This document shows positions 22,226-33,900 of a DNA stretch of 64,000 nucleotides, piece after piece. A model generated the notes under the pieces. The model did no database searches, had not been told where the DNA came from, and worked only from the letters and a program-made list of their open reading frames with translations. The position numbers and the translations under genes are program-made. Each line of letters begins with the position of its first letter. Position 1 is the first letter of the stretch. Source of the DNA: Pseudomonadota bacterium (GTDB lineage: Bacteria; Campylobacterota; Campylobacteria; Campylobacterales; Sulfurimonadaceae); contig JAZDQA010000014.1 in assembly GCA_043797085.1 (NCBI GenBank), positions 1 to 64,000 of the forward strand, given 5' to 3'.

Positions 22226-22648
22226 TTATATCTGATGAAGCTTAGCAGAAACTGCCGCTTGAAAATTAGGTACTTCCAATCGAAGTGCCCCACTTAATCG
22301 TGAACGCTCTTCGGACATCGCCTCTTCGAACTTAGCATACTCTAATGCTAGCTCAGCACGTTTTGCTTCAATTTTGTTACTCGCCAACGCTTTGGCCTGA
22401 GCAACAACTTTTTCTCTCATTGCGTGCGCTTCTAGTTTACCGTCACTAATAATCTTTTCAGCAGTAGCATGAAATGCAGCAATCTCAGAATCGTTGTTAC
22501 CAACTTCATCAAGATCTTTTTTAATATCTGCATCTCTTTTTTCCATATAACTGAAAAGAGGTTTATAAAGTAAACTATTTAGAGCGGCAATAAGGACAAG
22601 GAAGACAATCAGTGTACTGGCTAACAGCATCGGACTTATATCTAACAT
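22226..22648 (-). CDS. atpF': ATP synthase subunit b'
   Basis: TM then LYKPL...M.KR..I, coiled coil; SD AGGAGG. Confidence 0.88.
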   Translation of the reverse strand: MLDISPMLLASTLIVFLVLIAALNSLLYKPLFSYMEKRDADIKKDLDEVGNNDSEIAAFHATAEKIISDGKLEAHAMREKVVAQAKALASNKIEAKRAELALEYAKFEEAMSEERSRLSGALRLEVPNFQAAVSAKLHQI

Positions 22649-22670
22649 ACCACCTCCTAAAAGTTACGTG

Positions 22671-22678
22671 ATTATACA
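22671..22678 (-). promoter_or_regulatory. Sigma70-type -10 for atp operon
   Basis: TGTATAAT on minus strand, 22 nt upstream of atpF' ATG. Confidence 0.6.
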
Positions 22679-22713
22679 ACTCTTAAATTGAAGGGACAGT
22701 TAAACGGAGGGTT

Positions 22714-23562
22714 TTATGACGAAAGTGTGGATAAAAATGTATCAATTTGCTCATTATCATCAAAATCGATGGTGAACTTTGAGCCTTTTGTGGATGTTTT
22801 TAAACCCATTTGTTCTATAAAGAGCTGTAATCTTTTAAAATTAAGTTCGACCAATTTATTCATATCATACGAAGGAGCAGTGTCGTTTGTTTTAATTTTT
22901 TTAACCATTTGTTCGACATCACGAACACTAAGCTTTTGTCCGATAATCGAATCAATGATAAGAACTTGCTCTTTTTCTTCTAGTCCTACAACAATTTTTG
23001 CATGACCAGCCGTTATTTTTCCCTCAATCAGAGCTTTACGCCCTTTATCACCTAATTGCAATAAACGCAGAGTATTGGTGATTTGTGCACGGCTTTTATG
23101 CACGGTACTGGAGAGCTGCTCATGCGTTAATTCATGGATTTCAATTAATTCTTGGTAGGCTTGCGCCAAATCAATAGCATTAAGCTCATCACGCTGAATA
23201 TTTTCAATAAGAGCGTGCTGACGCATTTGCTCATCACTGACAGAAACGATAATAGCTTTTATCGTTTTGAGCTTAGCCAGCTTACTCGCACGAAGACGTC
23301 GTTCACCGGCGATGAGGATATAACCGTCAAGATCTTCTTTCACCACTATCGGCTGTAAAAGACCATGTGTTTTAATCGATTCAGCAAGTTCTGCTAAAGA
23401 CTCAGAATCAAAATGTTTTCGAGGCTGATAAGGATTTGGACGAATTTTTGAAAGAGGAAGCTCTTCTACTCCCCCTTTCTTTGGAAGTTCATTATCATAC
23501 GCTTCTTCGATTTCACTCAGCAGCGCCCCTAAACCACGACCTAATGCAGATGCTTTTGCCAT
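22714..23562 (-). CDS. parB: Chromosome partitioning protein ParB/Spo0J
   Basis: LGRGL, PNPYQPRK, GERRLRA, ENIQR, HTH SRAQITN.LRLL. Confidence 0.96.
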   Translation of the reverse strand: MAKASALGRGLGALLSEIEEAYDNELPKKGGVEELPLSKIRPNPYQPRKHFDSESLAELAESIKTHGLLQPIVVKEDLDGYILIAGERRLRASKLAKLKTIKAIIVSVSDEQMRQHALIENIQRDELNAIDLAQAYQELIEIHELTHEQLSSTVHKSRAQITNTLRLLQLGDKGRKALIEGKITAGHAKIVVGLEEKEQVLIIDSIIGQKLSVRDVEQMVKKIKTNDTAPSYDMNKLVELNFKRLQLFIEQMGLKTSTKGSKFTIDFDDNEQIDTFLSTLSS

Positions 23563-23572
23563 AAATACCCTT

Positions 23573-24355
23573 TTACGCGATTATGGCGTATGCCAAATCT
23601 TGATACGCGATTGAACCGCTTGATTTTACATCATACAAAATAGCCGGTTTACCAAAACTTGGTGACTCTGCCAACTTTACATTCCGAGGAATAACAATAA
23701 AATTATCTTCACTCGATTTAAAGAGTTTACTTTGAAAATGTTGGCGCAAATCGGCAAATACTTGACGAGAAAGATTGTTTTGAGCGCTGTACATGGTCGG
23801 TAAAAAACCTTTGATCGTCAATTTTGGATTGATTGTTTTACGCACTAACTTTACGGTATTCAACAATTGTGCCAATCCTTCCAATGCAAAAAATTCACAT
23901 TGAATCGGGATAATAACCGAATTGGATGCCGAAAGTGCATTGATCGTCATGGGTCCAAGAGCCGGAGGAGAGTCGATGATAATATAATCGTAATCATCTT
24001 TGACTTGCGCAATCGCACGTTTTAAAATAAGCTCTCGCCCTTTGGCATTGGCTGCATCATAATATTCTTTTTCAATACCGACAAGACCAATGTTGGAGGG
24101 AGCAATAAAAAGTTTTGGCAATGCAGTTTTTAGGATAATTTCGCGTAACTTTTTGGCACCGATAAGGACATGATAAATATTGAATTCATAGTTGTTACGG
24201 TGATAGCCCAATGAAGTTGTCGCATTGGCCTGAGGATCGGCATCGATCAATAGCACTCTTTTTTCAGCAACGGCTAACGATGCGGCTAAATTTACAGCAG
24301 TCGTTGTTTTACCAACGCCTCCTTTTTGGTTTGCAATTACAATTACTTCGCTCAT
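23573..24355 (-). CDS. parA: Chromosome partitioning ATPase ParA/Soj
   Basis: [29 protein letters not shown]. Confidence 0.96.
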   Translation of the reverse strand: MSEVIVIANQKGGVGKTTTAVNLAASLAVAEKRVLLIDADPQANATTSLGYHRNNYEFNIYHVLIGAKKLREIILKTALPKLFIAPSNIGLVGIEKEYYDAANAKGRELILKRAIAQVKDDYDYIIIDSPPALGPMTINALSASNSVIIPIQCEFFALEGLAQLLNTVKLVRKTINPKLTIKGFLPTMYSAQNNLSRQVFADLRQHFQSKLFKSSEDNFIVIPRNVKLAESPSFGKPAILYDVKSSGSIAYQDLAYAIIA

Positions 24356-24987
24356 CGTAAACTATATATCCTTTGTCCATTGCATTCAAGGGAACCGTCT
24401 TCACATAAGACAGCATCTTTCAATTCAATAGTTGTGTTTTGGGAGTGTGTTGAAAAAGATCTACTTCTTTCAAATTCTAACTGGAATTTACTAAATATCT
24501 GCTTCCATGATGGAAAAAATTTTAGACGTGACATATAAAGATTACTTAACTTTTCAGGAGAAATTTCTATATCAATTATTGCAAAGGACTCAGGTGCGTT
24601 TTTCAAATTGATCCCAACTCCGCAGATAAGGGAATCTCCTACTAAATTGGTAATTAAACCACCCAGCTTTTTCTCTCCTAAATAAAAATCATTGGGCCAT
24701 TTTAACCATACTTTTGAACCTAAATCTTCTAAAACTTCTTTCAGAATAGTTGCAAAATAAATAGAAGAAGACTCAAGCTTCAAATCATCGGGTAAAAAAG
24801 TACGTTCAATCGCAAAGGAAATAAAAAAATTCCCCTCTTCACCAATCCAGCTGTTTCCTCGTGAACCTCGTCCTGAAGTTTGTATTGTTGCACCGACACA
24901 AACAGGTGCTTTTAGCCTCTTACTTTTAAGAGCATCGATAAGATACCCTTGAGTTGATTCAATCTCATCAAACCAGAGTATTTCCAC
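24352..24987 (-). CDS. birA: Biotin--protein ligase (no HTH)
   Basis: Q..GRGSRG..W, LKWPND, KLGG. Confidence 0.93.
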   Translation of the reverse strand: MEILWFDEIESTQGYLIDALKSKRLKAPVCVGATIQTSGRGSRGNSWIGEEGNFFISFAIERTFLPDDLKLESSSIYFATILKEVLEDLGSKVWLKWPNDFYLGEKKLGGLITNLVGDSLICGVGINLKNAPESFAIIDIEISPEKLSNLYMSRLKFFPSWKQIFSKFQLEFERSRSFSTHSQNTTIELKDAVLCEDGSLECNGQRIYSLR

Positions 24988-25879
24988 AAACCAATCGCTT
25001 CCCGTTTAAATACGACACTGAGGAGGTCTCTTGTTTCGAAGGCGCTTGTAATGTGATGATACGCAAACTCCCTTTAGTACATTGGACTACAATACTGTGC
25101 GTATCAATGGCGATAATTTCTCCTGCATTGCCTACACTTTCTTCTTCTTCAAGAGTAAGCGCTTTAATCTTTAATCCCGACTCGGTGAATATCCCAGGCC
25201 ATGGGGTAAAAGCGCGATAACGATTATGAATTTCTGATGCATCTTCAAACATAATCAATCCGTCTGATTTAGAAATTTTCTTACAATGCGATGCTTTTGC
25301 ATTTTCTTGCGCAACTGCACTATGGCGATCCCAAGTACGTATCACATCCAGCGTCAAATCGCACGCCATGTGAGTCAATCGCGTATATAATGATTCTACC
25401 ATTTCATAGGGTGCGATTTCCAACGTCATTGTTTGAATAATGGCACCCGTATCAAGCCCTTCATCCATCCACATAGCCGTTACACCGCTTGTTTTATCAT
25501 CATTCAGAAGTGATTGCTGGATTGGGCTGGCTCCACGATAGCGTGGAAGTATCGAAGCATGGAGATTAATACAGGGTACATAGTCTAAAATTGTTTTGGG
25601 TAATATCTGTCCGTATGCTGCTACAACTATCAAATCGCATGGGATAGATAAGAGTTGTTCTACGACATCTTCATCTCGCAAACGGTTGGGCTGATAAATA
25701 GGGATATTTTTTTCTGATGCAAAAACTTTTACACTGGGAGGTGTCAAAAGCGCTTTACGACCTACCGGTTTATCCGGCTGCGTATAAACGGCTACCACTT
25801 CTACATCATTAGCTTCAACAAGAGTTCGTAAAATTTGGGTTGCATATTCAGGAGTTCCCATAAAAATAATACGCGTCAT
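24968..25879 (-). CDS. fmt: Methionyl-tRNA formyltransferase
   Basis: IFMGTP, TQPDK, NLHASILPRYRGASP. Confidence 0.96.
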   Translation of the reverse strand: MTRIIFMGTPEYATQILRTLVEANDVEVVAVYTQPDKPVGRKALLTPPSVKVFASEKNIPIYQPNRLRDEDVVEQLLSIPCDLIVVAAYGQILPKTILDYVPCINLHASILPRYRGASPIQQSLLNDDKTSGVTAMWMDEGLDTGAIIQTMTLEIAPYEMVESLYTRLTHMACDLTLDVIRTWDRHSAVAQENAKASHCKKISKSDGLIMFEDASEIHNRYRAFTPWPGIFTESGLKIKALTLEEEESVGNAGEIIAIDTHSIVVQCTKGSLRIITLQAPSKQETSSVSYLNGKRLVCGNTLV

Positions 25880-26646
25880 TAAAGTTCTTTCCCTTTAAAT
25901 AAACTTCCGCCTTTATGCGAATCTTCCAGTAAAAAGGATCTCACATCACTCAAATCAAAACCGCTTGCCAAAAACATCGAGCCGCCTCGTTTGAGTAAAA
26001 AATCCGCTGCTTTAAGCTTGGTAACAATTCCGCCTGTTGCAAAATTATGATTGGGTGTCACATCCATAATCAGTTCTTCTTCTGTAATAGAGGTAATACG
26101 TGAACGTACCGAAGCGTCCGTATGCGTTCTAGGATCTTTATCATAATAGGCATCAATATCGGAGAGGATAATGAGCATATCTGCACCAAAATGATGTGCC
26201 GCATGCGCTGAGAGTTGATCATTATCGCCCAATACTAACTCTTCCGTAGCCGTTGCATCGTTTTCGTTGATAATAGGAACAACATTATGTGCGAGAAGTG
26301 TCTCGATCGTGTCTTTGGCTTTTTGAGACTCTTCTTCGGTATTAAAGTTGGCGGCAGTTACCAAAACTTGGGAGGGAATGAGATGGTGATGTTCAAACAT
26401 CTTGCGATATTTGTTCATCAAAATCGGCTGACCGATAGAGGCAAGTGCTTGTTTGTTTGAGAGGATTTTTTTATCAAGTTTCAACTCGGTATAACCGGCA
26501 GCCACAGCTCCCGAAGAGACTAGAATTACCTCATAACGGGCTTTAAGTTCGGCAATAAAATCGACCAAAGCCTGCATACGATCTTTTGCAATACGGTTTT
26601 GCTCACTTAAAACAGCGCTGCCAACTTTTACAACAAGCCGTTTCAT
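25879..26646 (-). CDS. proB: Glutamate 5-kinase (no PUA domain)
   Basis: VVKVGS, SSGAV, NENDA, GDNDQL, TGG..TKL.AA. Confidence 0.95.
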   Translation of the reverse strand: MKRLVVKVGSAVLSEQNRIAKDRMQALVDFIAELKARYEVILVSSGAVAAGYTELKLDKKILSNKQALASIGQPILMNKYRKMFEHHHLIPSQVLVTAANFNTEEESQKAKDTIETLLAHNVVPIINENDATATEELVLGDNDQLSAHAAHHFGADMLIILSDIDAYYDKDPRTHTDASVRSRITSITEEELIMDVTPNHNFATGGIVTKLKAADFLLKRGGSMFLASGFDLSDVRSFLLEDSHKGGSLFKGKEL

Positions 26647-27737
26647 TTGCGCTGTGACACTACCATTTGATAAAGTGCGTACGTCAACGGTTTAATATTA
26701 AGGGCGATTGCTGAGGAGATAGGGACGATAAAGGCAGGCAATGCTTTATCATAAAACCCTGTATCAAAACTCTCTTGCTCATAGACAGGATAATCACTGC
26801 TAAACCCAAAACGGCTTTTTTTCGCTGCATCCAACTGAACAAGCTTCAAAAACGAATTGGTTTTTTCAATGGCTTCTTCAGGGCTCATAGCATCCGCACG
26901 CGTCAATGCAATAGCATAATTACGTTCAGCTAAAAGTGGTGAAAACGCTACTAATTCTTTTTTGAGTGTTTCATATTGGTATTCCAACTCATGATACGAC
27001 GCTAAATCGATCATAAAGAGCAATGTTTTTGTTCGCTCAATGTGGCGCAAGAATTTTAAACCCAATCCTTTTCCCTCAGATGCGCCGCCGATAATTCCTG
27101 GAATGTCTGCCATAATGTATGAATCGTAATCAATGTTGATTTGACCAAGCTTAGGAGTAAGAGTCGTAAACTCATAGTTTGCTACTTCTGGACGAGCATT
27201 CGAAACCGTTGATATAAGCGTTGATTTTCCAACATTCGGAAATCCAACCAATCCTACATCCGCGATGAGCTTAAGGTCAAGCTTAACGACTCTTACAACT
27301 TCTGGTTCACCCGGCTGTGCATACATCGGTTTTTGATTGGTTGAGGATTTAAAGTGAACGTTTCCAAGTCCGCCGCGACCGCCGGTAAGAAATTGCACTT
27401 CTTTACCGTCTTCGAGCAAATCAAGCAAAATTTCACCTGTCTCAACATCGACAACTTGGGTTCCAGGTGGAACAACTACTACAAGTCGCTCACCTTGTTT
27501 CCCTGCCATATTTGATCCGGCACCCGGTTGACCTTTGCCTGCTTTAAGGTTTTTATTTCCCTGAAAATGAGCAAGCGTATGGGTATTATTATCAACTCGA
27601 AAATAGACATCACCACCCTTACCACCATCACCGCCGTTTGGTCCGCCTTGAAGGACATATTTTTCACGTCTGAATCCAACGCATCCTGCGCCGCCCTTAC
27701 CTGAAGAGAGAGTAAGTTCTACACTGTCATTAAACAT
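26643..27737 (-). CDS. obgE: GTPase Obg/CgtA
   Basis: Gly-rich Obg fold, [19 protein letters not shown]; start at MFNDSV (SD AAGGA). Confidence 0.96.
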   Translation of the reverse strand: MFNDSVELTLSSGKGGAGCVGFRREKYVLQGGPNGGDGGKGGDVYFRVDNNTHTLAHFQGNKNLKAGKGQPGAGSNMAGKQGERLVVVVPPGTQVVDVETGEILLDLLEDGKEVQFLTGGRGGLGNVHFKSSTNQKPMYAQPGEPEVVRVVKLDLKLIADVGLVGFPNVGKSTLISTVSNARPEVANYEFTTLTPKLGQINIDYDSYIMADIPGIIGGASEGKGLGLKFLRHIERTKTLLFMIDLASYHELEYQYETLKKELVAFSPLLAERNYAIALTRADAMSPEEAIEKTNSFLKLVQLDAAKKSRFGFSSDYPVYEQESFDTGFYDKALPAFIVPISSAIALNIKPLTYALYQMVVSQRK

Positions 27738-27902
27738 CGAATATCCTTTATATAACGCCAAAAGAAACAATTCTGTTGGCTGCTCTGGCCTGTATAAGGC
27801 GCTGAAAATTGTCTTTATAAGACAGAAATTATTTGCTCAATACCACATTTTGCGAAATAAAACACACTATTAAAAAAATAATATTTTGAAAAAAGCATAA
27901 GA

Positions 27903-27923
27903 ATCGAGCATAAAATGCTCGAT
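27903..27923 (-). terminator. Hairpin after rplU-rpmA
   Basis: ATCGAGCAT-aaa-ATGCTCGAT 9-bp perfect stem followed by a T-rich tract on the minus strand. Confidence 0.7.
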
Positions 27924-27931
27924 GGAGGAAA

Positions 27932-28189
27932 TTAAGCAGCAGGTATTACTGAAACTTGTTTGCGTTTTTTGTCTTTGCGCTCGAAAGCAACAACACCGTC
28001 AACTAATGCATACAAAGTGTGGTCTTTACCCATACCGATATTTTTACCTGGGTGAACTTTGGTTCCACGTTGACGAATAATAATATTACCCGCACGTACT
28101 ACTTCACCACCATATTTTTTAACACCGAGTCTACGTCCCGCTGAATCGCGGTTATTCTGTGTACTACCCTGACCTTTTTTGTGAGCCAT
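27932..28189 (-). CDS. rpmA: 50S ribosomal protein L27
   Basis: [21 protein letters not shown]. Confidence 0.98.
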   Translation of the reverse strand: MAHKKGQGSTQNNRDSAGRRLGVKKYGGEVVRAGNIIIRQRGTKVHPGKNIGMGKDHTLYALVDGVVAFERKDKKRKQVSVIPAA

Positions 28190-28205
28190 GTTGTTCTCCT
28201 ACTAA

Positions 28206-28514
28206 TTACGCGTTGATCGCAGTGATACGAACGCGTGTGTGATCTCTACGGAAACCACGTTTTACTTTACTGTCTTTACGACGACGTTTTTTGAAAATTA
28301 CGACTTTACGGTCACGACCTTCATTGATTACTTCAGCCATAACAACAGCACCCTCTACGAATGGAGTACCAGTGCGAAGTTCGCCGCTATTAACAGCTAA
28401 AACTTCTTTGATTTCGATGGCAGTTTTAGGATCTAGTCCCATTTTATCGAACAAGAGGATATCGCCCACTTGAACTTTGTACTGTTTACCACCATTTTTA
28501 ATGATTGCGTACAT
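28206..28514 (-). CDS. rplU: 50S ribosomal protein L21
   Basis: MYAIIK.GGKQYKV, FKKRRRK; TATAAT at 28551-28556 (minus). Confidence 0.98.
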   Translation of the reverse strand: MYAIIKNGGKQYKVQVGDILLFDKMGLDPKTAIEIKEVLAVNSGELRTGTPFVEGAVVMAEVINEGRDRKVVIFKKRRRKDSKVKRGFRRDHTRVRITAINA

Positions 28515-28747
28515 TAGCATTCCTTACCTATAAGTCTACAAAAGTTGCGAATTATAGCCAAACATTTTTTAAGCTTGGATTAAACAGGATTATCTAGTGA
28601 AAGAGAAAGCAATAATTTTTCCCACATTCTCTATTATTATTTAAAAACCAACTCTTTTTTAGAATCACAAGGGTATTATTTTACACTAAATTGCTCTAAA
28701 AGCCCTAAAAAATTTCCTCATCTTAATAAATTAGTGAGAGCTTAAAT

Positions 28748-29320
28748 ATGACAACACGAAGAGTACCCTTTGGCTGGAGTGAGCATCCTAAAAAAAATGC
28801 TGTATTTTTAGCTATCTATGTTGAATCGATTTCACCTTGGAAATATTTTAAGGATGATATGCAGCACATAAAATGCCCTGCCCTCATCATGATCGATCGC
28901 TGGGATGGACGAATGGGATTTCCAGGGGGGACGGTTGATGAGAATGAATCCCTTTTGGATGCCCTTGTACGTGAGGTAAAAGAGGAAATCGGTATTACGA
29001 TCAAACCCTCTCAGGTACATCCGATCGCAACGCATGAAAGCCGTATTGTCACACACTTTTATGGGTTAAAAGTTCTCGAAGCAGAATTTTTGCACATCTA
29101 CTATCATATCCTCAATAATTTTTCCCGCTCTATCCTCCTTCATGCATACGAAGAGGGAGATCAATCGCATTTTATGTCGGAGATTACAGGAATTAAGATT
29201 GTCCCGCTTATTCAGCACGAAAACAAAGGAATAGTACACTTTATGAAAAATGCCTTTGCCGGAGCAACGAAAGAGGACCTTGAAGTGCTTTTATCTGAGG
29301 TACTAAATATCCGTCTCTAA
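28748..29320 (+). CDS. Nudix hydrolase, NUDT16-like
   Basis: Complete Nudix box G-X5-E-X7-REVKEEIG preceded by DRWDGRMGFPGG. Confidence 0.85.
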   Translation: MTTRRVPFGWSEHPKKNAVFLAIYVESISPWKYFKDDMQHIKCPALIMIDRWDGRMGFPGGTVDENESLLDALVREVKEEIGITIKPSQVHPIATHESRIVTHFYGLKVLEAEFLHIYYHILNNFSRSILLHAYEEGDQSHFMSEITGIKIVPLIQHENKGIVHFMKNAFAGATKEDLEVLLSEVLNIRL

Positions 29321-29326
29321 TTTAAC

Positions 29327-29355
29327 TTGACATATTAATAATGGAGAGCTACAAT
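29327..29355 (+). promoter_or_regulatory. Sigma70 promoter of marR-RND operon
   Basis: TTGACA (29327) - 17 nt - TACAAT (29350). Confidence 0.75.
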
Positions 29356-29364
29356 TCCCTCAAT

Positions 29365-29382
29365 TAGTTGCATAGTCAACTA
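29365..29382. promoter_or_regulatory. Candidate MarR operator
   Basis: Palindrome TAGTTG-catagt-CAACTA between the -10 and the SD of marR. Confidence 0.65.
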
Positions 29383-29393
29383 TAGGAGAAATT

Positions 29394-29864
29394 ATGAATC
29401 GATGTGAATGCCCAGTTGATGAATCATTAGGCTGCTTAACCAATCATGCTGCTTTTGCAGCGCGTACGTTCTTAACGCGACAACTCGCACTTAACGGTAT
29501 CAATATGACCATCGAGCAGTTTAAGGTGATGGTTACATTATGGAATGAAAAAAGTGCTACGCAACAAACCATCGCCGATTTTGTTGGCAAAGATAAAGCG
29601 AGCATCACGCGGCTCATTGTAGGGTTAGAAAAACGTGCATTAATCGCTCGCACCACTGATGAACATGATAAACGATGTAACCTTGTCACTCTTACACCGC
29701 ATGGAATTGCATTGGAAAAACCTACTATGGAAACGTTAGCTGGGGCAAATGCATATATCCATAATGACATCGATCCCAACGAACTTGCTATTACTTTACG
29801 CGTCTTAAAACAGATGTGTTCTCTTTTAAATTATTCTAAAAATTCACCCAAGGAATCCAAATGA
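29394..29864 (+). CDS. MarR family transcriptional regulator
   Basis: T.EQF.V, Q..IA...DKASITR.I..LE.R.LI.R, DKR. Confidence 0.93.
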   Translation: MNRCECPVDESLGCLTNHAAFAARTFLTRQLALNGINMTIEQFKVMVTLWNEKSATQQTIADFVGKDKASITRLIVGLEKRALIARTTDEHDKRCNLVTLTPHGIALEKPTMETLAGANAYIHNDIDPNELAITLRVLKQMCSLLNYSKNSPKESK

Positions 29865-30991
29865 ACCGCTTTACCACACTAGCCCTATCCTCTGCTTTAC
29901 TGCTTGCATTAGGAGGATGTGAACGCCCAAAAGCTGCGGGAATGGAAAAACCTCCCGAAGGTCCTGTCCCCGTAACTGTCACTACGGTTGCTTCAGGAAA
30001 TTTCCCCGCAGTTCTGGAAGCAACGGGTCAAACAATGGCATTTAATACGGTTCAAATCTATGCACGCGTGAATGGGTATTTGCAAAAACGGGTTTATACA
30101 GAAGGTCAAATGGTCAGCAAAGGACAAACTCTTTTTATCATTGACCCATCGGACTTAAAAAACTCTCTTGAGAGTGCCAAAGCTGCATTTGAACTAGCCC
30201 ATGCAAACCATACCAATGCAATGGCTGTTTACAATCGAATCAAACCTCTGGCATCCGCCAATGCTGCGAGTCAACAAGATCTCGATACTGCAACGGCAAA
30301 TGAACGTAATTCTGCGGCTGCATTGATGGGAACACGAGCTGTACTGGAACAAGCCAAACTCAATCTCAGCTACAGCACGATCAAAGCGCCCATCAGCGGA
30401 TTTGTCGATAAATCCAAAATGGACGTGGGAACCTATATCGCTGCAGGTGCGAATGGGCTTTTAACCACGATGTATCAAAGTGATCCGATGTATGTCAATT
30501 TTACCTTTAGTGAAAACCAAAAAATTGCACGGCAAAATGCTCTTGCAAGCGGTAAACTCATTGCTCCAAAAAACGGACAATACGAAGTAGAACTTACACT
30601 CGCGGATGGAACGGTTGTGAATAAAAAAGGAACAATAAACTTTATTTCGCCATTTATCGATCCGACAACGGGAACCATCAGCTATCGTGCCCTCATCGAT
30701 AATCGTGACCATCTTCTCCTTCCCGGACAATTCGTTCATGTAAAAGTCAAAGGAATGGAGTGGAAAAATGCCCTTTATATCCCTCAAAAAACGCTTATGA
30801 CAGGTGAAAAAGGCAAATTTGTTTACAGTATTGAAACCAACAATACGGTTACGGCAAAACCGGTTGTTGCTACCCAATGGATCGGTGAAAATGTATTGAT
30901 CGAAAGCGGTTTAAATGTTGGGGATAAAATCGCTGCAGATGGTTTAGCCAAACTCAAACCCGGTGCCAATATTATTGCGAATGGTAAATAA
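29861..30991 (+). CDS. RND periplasmic adaptor (AcrA/CmeA-like)
   Basis: Lipobox LGGC, ARVNGY, IKAPISG, LLPGQFV. Confidence 0.93.
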   Translation: MNRFTTLALSSALLLALGGCERPKAAGMEKPPEGPVPVTVTTVASGNFPAVLEATGQTMAFNTVQIYARVNGYLQKRVYTEGQMVSKGQTLFIIDPSDLKNSLESAKAAFELAHANHTNAMAVYNRIKPLASANAASQQDLDTATANERNSAAALMGTRAVLEQAKLNLSYSTIKAPISGFVDKSKMDVGTYIAAGANGLLTTMYQSDPMYVNFTFSENQKIARQNALASGKLIAPKNGQYEVELTLADGTVVNKKGTINFISPFIDPTTGTISYRALIDNRDHLLLPGQFVHVKVKGMEWKNALYIPQKTLMTGEKGKFVYSIETNNTVTAKPVVATQWIGENVLIESGLNVGDKIAADGLAKLKPGANIIANGK

Positions 30992-30993
30992 TC

Positions 30994-33900
30994 ATGTTTA
31001 GTAAATATTTTATCGATCGTCCCGTTTTATCAGCGGTTATCGCCATGATTATCATGTTACTTGGATTTACGGCCATCAAAAGTCTGCCGATTTCACAACT
31101 GCCGAATATTACACCTCCTACGGTTGTTGTAAGCGCACAGTATCCCGGTGCGGATGCACAGACGATTGCCAATACCATTCTAACCCCACTGGAGTCTCAA
31201 ATCTCTGGTGCCGATGGGTTGATGTATATGAGTTCCAAAGCGGCTGCCCTGCCCGGAAGCGCAAGCATCACCTGTACGTTTAATATCGGGGTCAATCAAG
31301 ATTTAGCGGCTGTTGATATACAAAACCGTATCAATACCGTCATCGCACAGTTACCGCAAAGTACCCGTGATCTCGGAGTCAGTGTTCAGAAAAAAACCTC
31401 TGATATTCTTCTCATCACCGCTATCACCTCTCCGGATGCAAGTTTTACCGATACACAAATCAGTAACTATATCTCTTCCAATCTACTCGATGAGATCAAA
31501 AAAATTCCCGGTGCCGGACGAGCACAGATTTTCGGGCAACGAGATTTCGCGATGCGCATTTGGCTTAATCCTGACAAAATGGCATCTTTAGGGGTCACCA
31601 CCGCTGAAATCGCCGCTGCTATAAAAGATCAAAATCTTCAAGTTTCCCCCGGTCGTTTGGGACAAGGTCCAACAAACAACGAGCAAATGTTGACAATGCA
31701 ACTCACCTCGCAAGGGCGATTTTCAACGCCTGAAGAGTTTCAAAACATTATTATCCGCGCCAAAAATGATGGTGCAAACTTGCGTCTAAAAGATGTTGCG
31801 CGCGTAGAACTGGGAAGCCAAAACTATGAATTTTTCGGGCGCGTCAATGGCAAACCTGCTGCTATGATCGGAATTTTCGCGGACACCAATGCCAATGCAC
31901 TCGATACTTCCGCCGCCGTAGCTGCCAAAATGGAACAGCTCTCTCATAAATTTCCTAAAGGGATTGAATACTCTATTCCTTACGATACAACTGATTTTGT
32001 CAAAATATCCATTGAAGAGGTCATTTTTACTCTCCTCGCCTCTATTGTTTTGGTTAGTTTGGTTATTTACCTCTTTTTACAAAGCACGCGCGCGGCACTG
32101 ATTCCTGTCCTCTCGATTCCGATTTCACTCACCGGTGCTTTTATCGGGATGTATCTTCTAGGGTATTCGATCAATACTCTTACCCTCTTTGGTCTCGTCC
32201 TCGCCATCGGTATCGTCGTTGATGATGCCATCGTCGTTATCGAAAATATGGAGCGAATTTTACAGAGTGAAAAACTCTCACCCCGTGCTGCTGCGATCAA
32301 AGCAATGAGCCAAATCTCAGGTCCCGTTATCGCAATTGTCTTGGTTATGTGTGCCGTTTTTGTCCCTGCAACTTTTATGGGTGGGATGACGGGACAATTG
32401 TATAAACAATTTGCCGCAACGATCGCTATATCTGTTGTCTTTTCCGGCTTTATGGCGTTGACGTTTGCCCCCTCTATCGGAGCATTGATTCTCAAACATC
32501 ACGAAAAAGAGCCTGCACGCTTTTTCCGCTGGTTCAATCGCATATTTGGCAAAATGACCGAAAATTATGTACGTCGTTCAGGGTGGATGATTCGTAAATC
32601 ATTTATCTTTTTGATCATCTATCTCTCGACGTACTTTTTTATCGGTTTTTTCCATAAAACCCTTCCAACCGCTTTTTTACCGATGGAAGATCAGGGATAC
32701 TTCATTACCGCAATTGTCCTCCCTGATGGAGCTACTGCGAACCGAACCCTCGAAGTAGTCAAACAAGTCGAAGCAATTTTGGGAGAGCAAGAGGGAGTTG
32801 CCAAGTTTACCGCCATTACGGGTTTAAACATTCTCACTTTTTCACAAGAGCCAAACGCTGCGGTTATTTTTACCCGTCTCAAACCGTGGGATGAGAGAAC
32901 GACTAAAGAACTGAAGATTTTTGGCATTTTAGGCTCAATCGGACCTAAACTGGGAAGCATCAAAGAGGCAAAAGTTTTCGCGATGCCTCCACCTCCGATA
33001 CGCGGGATGGGACCTTCGGATATGTTTAGTCTGCGTATTCTTCAACCCGGAGACAACAACGTTACACGCCTTTTCGAAACGACCAATACATTTTTGAATA
33101 CATTGCGAAATGAAAAAAGCATCAAAAATCCGTTTAGTACGATGAATATCACAACCCCAACCCTCGCCATCGAGGTAAATCGTGAAAAGGCCAAAATGCT
33201 CGGTCTTTCCATTGCCGATATTTTTCAAACACTCCAAGCCTCCATCGGTACCATGTATGTCAATCAGTTTGACAAAAATGGTAAAACCTACTGGGTACAA
33301 ATGCAATCCGATGCACCCTATCGTGCAACACCCGAAGATATAGGCAGAGCGTGGGTTCGTTCTTCATCAGGAGTGATGATCCCTCTCTCAAGCGTAGTGA
33401 AAGTCACCATGTCCAGCGCGCCCTCTTCTATCGAACATTTTAACGGTGTTTTGAGTACAACCGTAATGGGTTCACCTGCGCCCGGATACAGTTCAGGTGA
33501 GATTATCAAAGTGGTCGAAAATGCAGGCGATACGCTCCTGCCCAGTTCTGCAAGTTACGATTGGGATGGTCTATATCTCCAAGAAAAATTAGTCGGTTCT
33601 AAAGCAATGATTATTATGGCATTTGCTCTTATTATGGTATATTTGATTCTTGCAGCCTTATATGAGCGCTGGACACTGCCAATATCTATTATGTTGGCGG
33701 TTCCGTATGGTATTATGGGAGCGTATGCCGTAGTATGGCTTATCCCCTTTTTGAACAACAACGTCTTTTTCCAAATCGGTCTGCTAACCCTTATAGCCCT
33801 CTCGGCAAAAAATGCAATTTTGGTCGTCGAGTTTGCCGAAGAACAGCGCCATGCAGGAAAAAATATCTACGATGCAGCGATGGAAGCGGCACGACTGCGT

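Noticed and set aside
24352..26646. birA without HTH and proB without PUA domain
   Set aside because: Known short forms of these families; catalytic motifs are intact
27769..27830. Short stems in the obg upstream region (TGTCTT-tat-AAGACA; AATTCTG/CAGAAATT)
   Set aside because: Weak AT-rich stems with no recognisable riboswitch or leader motif
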